Below, in pieces: positions 58,476-64,000 of a stretch of DNA of 64,000 bases; positions within the stretch are counted from its first letter, which is position 1, and each line of letters begins with the position of its first letter. Origin of the DNA: the human T2T-CHM13v2.0 reference genome, Homo sapiens; the NCBI RefSeq assembly GCF_009914755.1, contig NC_060930.1; one strand, 5' to 3'. The notes beneath the pieces are model-generated. The model was not told where the DNA came from, made no database searches, and saw nothing but the letters and a program-made list of their open reading frames with translations. Position numbers and translations under genes: made by a program.

Positions 58476-58977
58476 GTTGAGTAGTATGCCATGCATCATG
58501 GCCATCTACGCAAGTTCTTGCGGCATGTGCCAGATTTCAAAGTTTATCTGTCTCCTGATAAGCAGCAATTTCTGTAGCTAATCATGAAGGTGACTAAGTA
58601 GCAAGGTAATGACAGTGTAAATACTAGGAAACTACTCCCTTTCTAACGGTAGGAAGACTGGCCTGTTAGCTGCTTTCTGCAATGTTTACTGCTTGTTCAA
58701 AACATGCTAGGCACTAGACCCTGAGTTCCTTAGCTTCATCACAAACCCTCTGCTTGTGTAGTATCTATCTGGGCCCATCACATCGCCCATGTGGAACTTA
58801 GGGGAAAGAGGAGTCAATGCAAATACTCTGATGCTCATGCTGCTCATTGTTCTTTGAGTAATAAAGTCCTTGGACCCAGGAGTCTCATGTCTCTTGTCAA
58901 CATCCCTCAAACAGCAACAGGGTACCTATTAGCTTGCAAGTGGGATGAAGTCTCTAAAACTTCACAGTTCTTAATAA
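58476..58977 (+). mobile_element. LTR47-like ERVL solo LTR
   Basis: aataaagtccttggacccaggagtctcatgtc...ttagcttgcaagtggg...cttcacagttcttaata. Confidence 0.7.
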
Positions 58978-59275
58978 CTAGTTAAGAAAAAAAATAGTGA
59001 CAATGTACTGGGAGATTTACAACATATATAGAAGTTAAATACACGCAATAGAATAAGAAATTGGAGTGGTTAAGTGGAAATGTATAATTGCAAGTTTCTT
59101 ATATTATTGTATTATATTCTAATTATTCTAATAAATCTTATTAACCCATTATATTATATAATTATTGTATTAGTTATATTATTACATATATAATTATTGA
59201 TAATTATATAATTACTAATTGAATTATGTTGTTATAATATATATTTTATATTCTATTAATATACTATCTTGAGAG

Positions 59276-59592
59276 CAGTACTGTCCAATAGAAATATAAT
59301 ATAAACCACAAATACAAGCCACATATATATCTTTAAATTTTCTAGAAGCCACATTAAAAGCATAAAAGAAATAGAGGAAATTGTAGTATTATATTTAACC
59401 TAGGATCTTCAAAATATTATAACTTCAATATGTAATCAACATAAAAAATTACTAGTGAGCTATTTATTTTACACGTTTTACATTAACCCTTCAAAAGCTA
59501 GTGTGTATGTTAAACCATCCACACATCTCAGTTCATTTCAGCCGTATTTCCCATGCTAACATAGCAAAAGGGCTAGCCTACTGGACAACACA
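59276..59592 (+). mobile_element. MER33
   Basis: cagtactgtccaatagaaatataat...ttttctagaagccacattaaaa...ctggacaacac. Confidence 0.85.
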
Positions 59593-59964
59593 CTAGAGCA
59601 ACCACTAACATAAAACAAGAAGGTATAGTTAAACTGCTAGAGGAGATAAAATGGAATACCGAATAAATACTATATTAATCCAGGAGGAGGTGGGAATGAA
59701 AAAAAGCAAAGAGTAGATAGGACAAATAACACTTCTAGGCATGACAGATTAATCTGTTATCTTCTCCAGCTGGAACAGGGTACAGCCAAGGAAGCCGTGG
59801 CAGATGGAGTAATGCAAACAAAGACATTTAGTTACAACCCACTAATGGTAAGCTTTGTGAACATGGACAAAAAAACTAATCTTTCTTATCCTGCATTTAT
59901 TCCTTTACCATAGAGCTTGTTTGCCTGCTAGTTTCTTCACTTGGAGCAATAAAGTGTTATAGTT

Positions 59965-60170
59965 AAGAAAATGGATTTGGATATTAGCTCTGGATTTGAA
60001 TCTTGGCTCTGTCATTTTGAGACCTTAGACAAATTACTTAATTGCCCTAAACTTCAGTTTCCTCATTTGTATAATGGGTATTATACAATACCTGCCTCAA
60101 ATCCCTGTAAAATACAGTGCCTAGCATCTTGGAAGCTCTCAAAAAGGTAAGTTAGTTGTTTCTTTTTATT
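59965..60170 (+). mobile_element. MIR
   Basis: tttgaatcttggctctg...cttcagtttcctcatttgtataatggg. Confidence 0.8.
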
Positions 60171-60757
60171 ATTGTTCAGTTAACTAACTCTTAAGACCAT
60201 GAACTATAGTCCAGACACCATTCAAGACAGAAAGGATTCACGGGTGTATGACAAAGACCTTTTCCTTAACAGAGAAGCCAGACATGTAATATCTGACTGC
60301 CTATTTAAATGGCTGTTATGAGTCAGAAATAAAGCAGACAGAAGCACTAGGGTAAAAATATAAATGTTGCTATATAAGTGTCTGTATTATGATGTGTAAT
60401 CTTTTTCCTTGGCAAAACACAGCAACCAAGCAGCCTGGAAAAATTATGGATATAGTTCTGATCCAGCCATTCTCTCCAAAAATTAGTAGGTTTTAGTCTA
60501 CCAATGAGTGGGAAGTAAATTATTCTCATTTAACTTTAAAGAGTAGTTTTCTACTTGTTCACCAAGAAGCTCCAATCTTCTGAATCATATTCAACACTGT
60601 TAGAAACTACTATTTTGTTGATATTTTCTTCACTAGCATTTTTTAAAGTATTGTGTTCATTCACATATATGTCCCAACCCCTAATTCTAATTTAGACTGA
60701 ACTATTTCCTAATGAGGGCTACCAGGTGTGTGTGTGTTTAAGTCGTCTGTGTTTATT

Positions 60758-61685
60758 CTTAGGTCAGGAATTATTTTTATTTACATGTTGTAAGCACTGT
60801 ATACTTTATTAATAGTTGGCATCATCCTCAGAGTAAACTTAAGTCTCTCCCTCTGTGTATATGTGTGTGTGTGTATATATATATATGCATATATATATGG
60901 GTGTGTGTATATATATATATAAAACACTTTGATACATGTTCAATCTTTATCTTGTTTTGTTTTCAAATCTGAAACATGGATTTAATAAGTTTCATTTTGC
61001 CGGTGAGTCTGTGACTTGCCAAAGACATATAGTAGTCATTAGTGAGACCAGAATGTAGACATAGGTCTGTCTGTCCGACTCCACCCACCTCATGCAACCT
61101 CCTTTATATAGTGTCCTCTGCTGGTGAGTGCTTGGGAGAGAGCAATTGTTGAGCAATACTATTTTATATTTGTTCAAAATATAAGAAATTGATGGCCAAG
61201 CACAATGTTTCATGCCTGTGACCACAACACTTTGGGAGGCAGAAGTGGGAGGGTCACTTGGGCTCAGGAGTTCAAGACTACAGTGAGCCATAATCACACC
61301 ACTACACTCCAGCCTGGGCAACAGAGTGACACCCATATTTAAAAATAAAAAATTAAAAAACATATAAGGAATTGGTCACACAAACACAACTGCCTTTACC
61401 AAACATTCAGAAGCTTCTCCAGAAGACCACGTACTCCAAGTTGCAGCTAAAACTGCAGCAGCAGTCTACAATCATGTGTTTGCCTTGAAGAGTCGCAACT
61501 AAACAATGTACCTGAATTCACCTTTTCCCACATGACTTCCAAGTTAATCATCTATAAGTATAGACAAATCACCCAAGCAAATGCAATACCTTAGATCAAG
61601 ACTTATTTTTCTTTTTATTTATGTATTATAAGCACTGTATATTTTATTAATAGCCGGCATTATCCACAGAGTAAACTTAAGTCTC
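60758..61685 (+). repeat. Dispersed direct repeat, ~90 bp: copies 60758-60847 and 61590-61685
   Basis: Core taagcactgtata...cagagtaaacttaagtctc is 52/57 identical. Confidence 0.9.
61194..61362 (+). mobile_element. Alu monomer (FAM/FRAM-like)
   Basis: Single monomer plus A tail; TSD ataag(a/g)aattg. Confidence 0.85.
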
Positions 61686-62410
61686 AAACAAATCTCATTG
61701 TAGGATTTTCTTTACCTGCACCAGATCATAACAATGTTTGTCCAAGAATAAAAAGCACTGTGCAAAAAGGAGGTAACAATAAATGCTGGTTAAACTGAAT
61801 TTTCATGAAGGTTTAAATTCAGCAATCTCTTACCTTTTGTTTCTTTCCTTTAAATTTGATTTTATAATAGAAAATAGGTAATAGCCTTGCACAGAAATTT
61901 ACTAAGGAAGAAACACAAATGTCCAGTAATAATAATGTAAAAAAAAATTCAACTCTATCAGTGCTGAAAAAAAAACCCAAGTGAATATAAGGAGAACCAA
62001 TGTTTAACACTTATCTGACAATGTTTAACAAAAAATACTGTAAAATGATAATGCCTAGCGGCTGATGAGATGGTTAAATTTTTCAATGTATCTAGAAAAC
62101 AACATAATAGCATGTATCAAACTCCTGAATAATCTCGTAACTCTTTCACGGAGCATTTCCCTTTCAGGTATTTACCAGATGGAAAAAATAATCATAGCTG
62201 CACAAAAATATAGCAATAAAGCAACTCTGTAGCATCATCTCCTATTAATTATTTTGTTATCAAGTGTCGACATGTAAAGTGTTTAAATAAATTGTGGTCA
62301 ACCCATACAGTAGAATACTATGTAGTTATTGAAAGTCAAGTAATGGAAGAATTCTAAGTGACCAATGGAAGTACTATAATGTTATAGCATATACAGTTGG
62401 TACAGTATGA

Positions 62411-62411
<1 letters not shown>

Positions 62412-62443
<32 letters not shown>

Positions 62444-62445
62444 TA
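62412..62445. repeat. (TG)n microsatellite
   Basis: Seen directly. Confidence 0.95.
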
Positions 62446-63432
62446 CTGGAAAGATATTTCACAAGATGTAAATAAAAGTGATTTCTAGGTATTGAGATTA
62501 TGGGTGATTATTTTTCCTGTCTCTCCAGTTCCCCTGCCCCACAGAGGAGGGTTAGCTTGTATATCCCCCAAATCCTTCAATTAGAATATACTACTTTAAG
62601 AATGAGAAGCAAAAAAAGAGGAAAAAGGAACTGTGATCTACTTTCAGGGGAAGATGACACTCACACTCTGTTAACTTCCTGAGGGCCAGACTGCCTGGGA
62701 GGGAAGCCCCTCACCCCACCTTACTTTGCCCTGCCTGCCAAATGCAGAGGTCCAGTGGCCCAGCCAGAAAGACAAGTTTGTGGGGCTGTCCTCATCCTCT
62801 ATATTTTGTCCATTTAGCCTAAAATATCTTGCGAAATATATATTATGTGCTAGCCATGGGGCACACAATAGTGAGGGGGAAAGAGAGAACGGAAGAGAAG
62901 GAAGGAAGGATGGGAAGAAAGTGGGAGGAAGAAAACTTCCCTGGCATATTATGCAGGAGTCTGACCTTCATCAAATGACTGACCCTGAGCCATGCTAGGC
63001 AGAGGCAGGGTCACAGGGCTATAGGAGCCGAGTTCAGTGGGAGCTCCCCAGCCCTGACAGAACATCTTTCTTCAGGAAGCAAGCACTGAGTTGAACTCTC
63101 AAGGAAGTGCAGGCAATATGGTAAAAAAGGGGTAAGGAAGGGCAGTCCAGGATAGGCACTAGAGATGCCAGGGCAGGGGAGAGCAGGCAGCAAGGCTGGA
63201 GTGCCCACAGCCAGGGAGGCTGGATGGGAAGAGACCAAAGCATGCGAGGCCTCAAAGGTACGTGCAGGGGGCACTGAGAGGCTTTGGCAGGGCATCCCTT
63301 GGCAGATGCGCCTTCAGACAGGATAGCTCTGGGTGTAGACTGGATAATGGATTTGGAAGGGGGCCATGGTGGATCCCAGGAGGCCATGAGAAGTCCCATC
63401 TAGGGCAGTGACACACACGTGGAATGAAATGA

Positions 63433-63768
63433 TGTATTAGTCTGTTTTCATACTGCAATAAAGACGTACCTGAGACTGGATAATTTATACAGGAAAAACG
63501 TTTAATGGATTTACAGTTACACATGGCTGGGGAGGCCTCACAATCATGGCAGAAGGCAAGGAGGAGCAAGTCATGTCTTACATGGATGGCAGCAGGCAAA
63601 GAGAGAGCTTGTGCACAGAAACTCCCCCTTATAAAACTGTATCTAGTAAAACTTATTCACTATCATGAGAACAACATGGGAAAGACCTGCCCCCATGATT
63701 CAATTACCTCCCACAACATGTGAAAATTTAAGATGAGATTTGAGTGGGGACACAGTCAAACCATATCA
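63433..63768 (-). mobile_element. THE1B-like solo LTR
   Basis: tgtattag...catggctggggaggcctcacaatcatggcagaaggcaaggaggagcaagtc...ccatatca. Confidence 0.92.
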
Positions 63769-63836
63769 AGTGGAAATACTATTTCAGTGACTTTGATGGG
63801 GAGTTTCCAATCTTACACTTCCAAATGGTAACAAAG

Positions 63837-64000
63837 ATTGAGTGCAGTGACTCACACCTGTAGTTCCAGCTACTTGGGAGGTTAAGCCGGAGCAGGGGGG
63901 AGGATTGCTTAAAGCCAAGAGTTTGAGACCAACCTGGGCAAGACAGCAAGACATTGTCTCTAGAAAATAAAACATTAGCCAGGTATGGTGGTGCATGCCT
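63837..64000 (+). mobile_element. AluJ, cut by the window end
   Basis: Left arm, linker and start of the right arm. Confidence 0.85.

Larger units (their letters stand above)
56820..59730 (+). mobile_element. Old L1M 5'UTR/ORF1 fragment with nested LTR and MER33
   Basis: A-rich ORF1 motifs (aatagaaattatccaaactgaa, gagtcccagaaagagagg, ccagcagatctacac). Confidence 0.75.

Noticed and set aside
59095-59268. AT-rich, partly palindromic stretch
   Set aside because: Ordinary low-complexity (TA)-rich expansion inside an L1; no defined structure.

Overview
This is primate (human-like) nuclear DNA that looks intergenic or intronic. It is dominated by interspersed repeats: about 20 Alus, old and young L1 fragments, MIR/L2/L3, MaLR/ERVL LTRs and hAT/Tigger DNA-transposon relics. 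I find no intact protein-coding gene, tRNA/rRNA or CRISPR array. The one clearly recognisable gene-derived sequence is a near full-length, disabled processed pseudogene of calponin-3 (CNN3) at ~17.5-20.0 kb. Other landmarks are a CpG island at ~29.3-30.3 kb with a strong CTCF motif beside it, and a complete LTR-internal-LTR MaLR provirus with intact target-site duplications (TSDs) at 45.4-47.8 kb. There are also several local duplications, notably a ~175-bp, ~96-97% identical inverted duplication bracketing 1.8 kb (5.0/7.0 kb) and a ~90-bp dispersed direct repeat (60.8/61.6 kb). A ~0.9-kb coding-like stretch at 37.6-38.5 kb holds the longest ORF in the window but could not be assigned. I cannot support a claim of a new biological system. 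The findings are structural or regulatory leads. Repeat subfamily names come from memory of consensus sequences, and many repeat boundaries are approximate.
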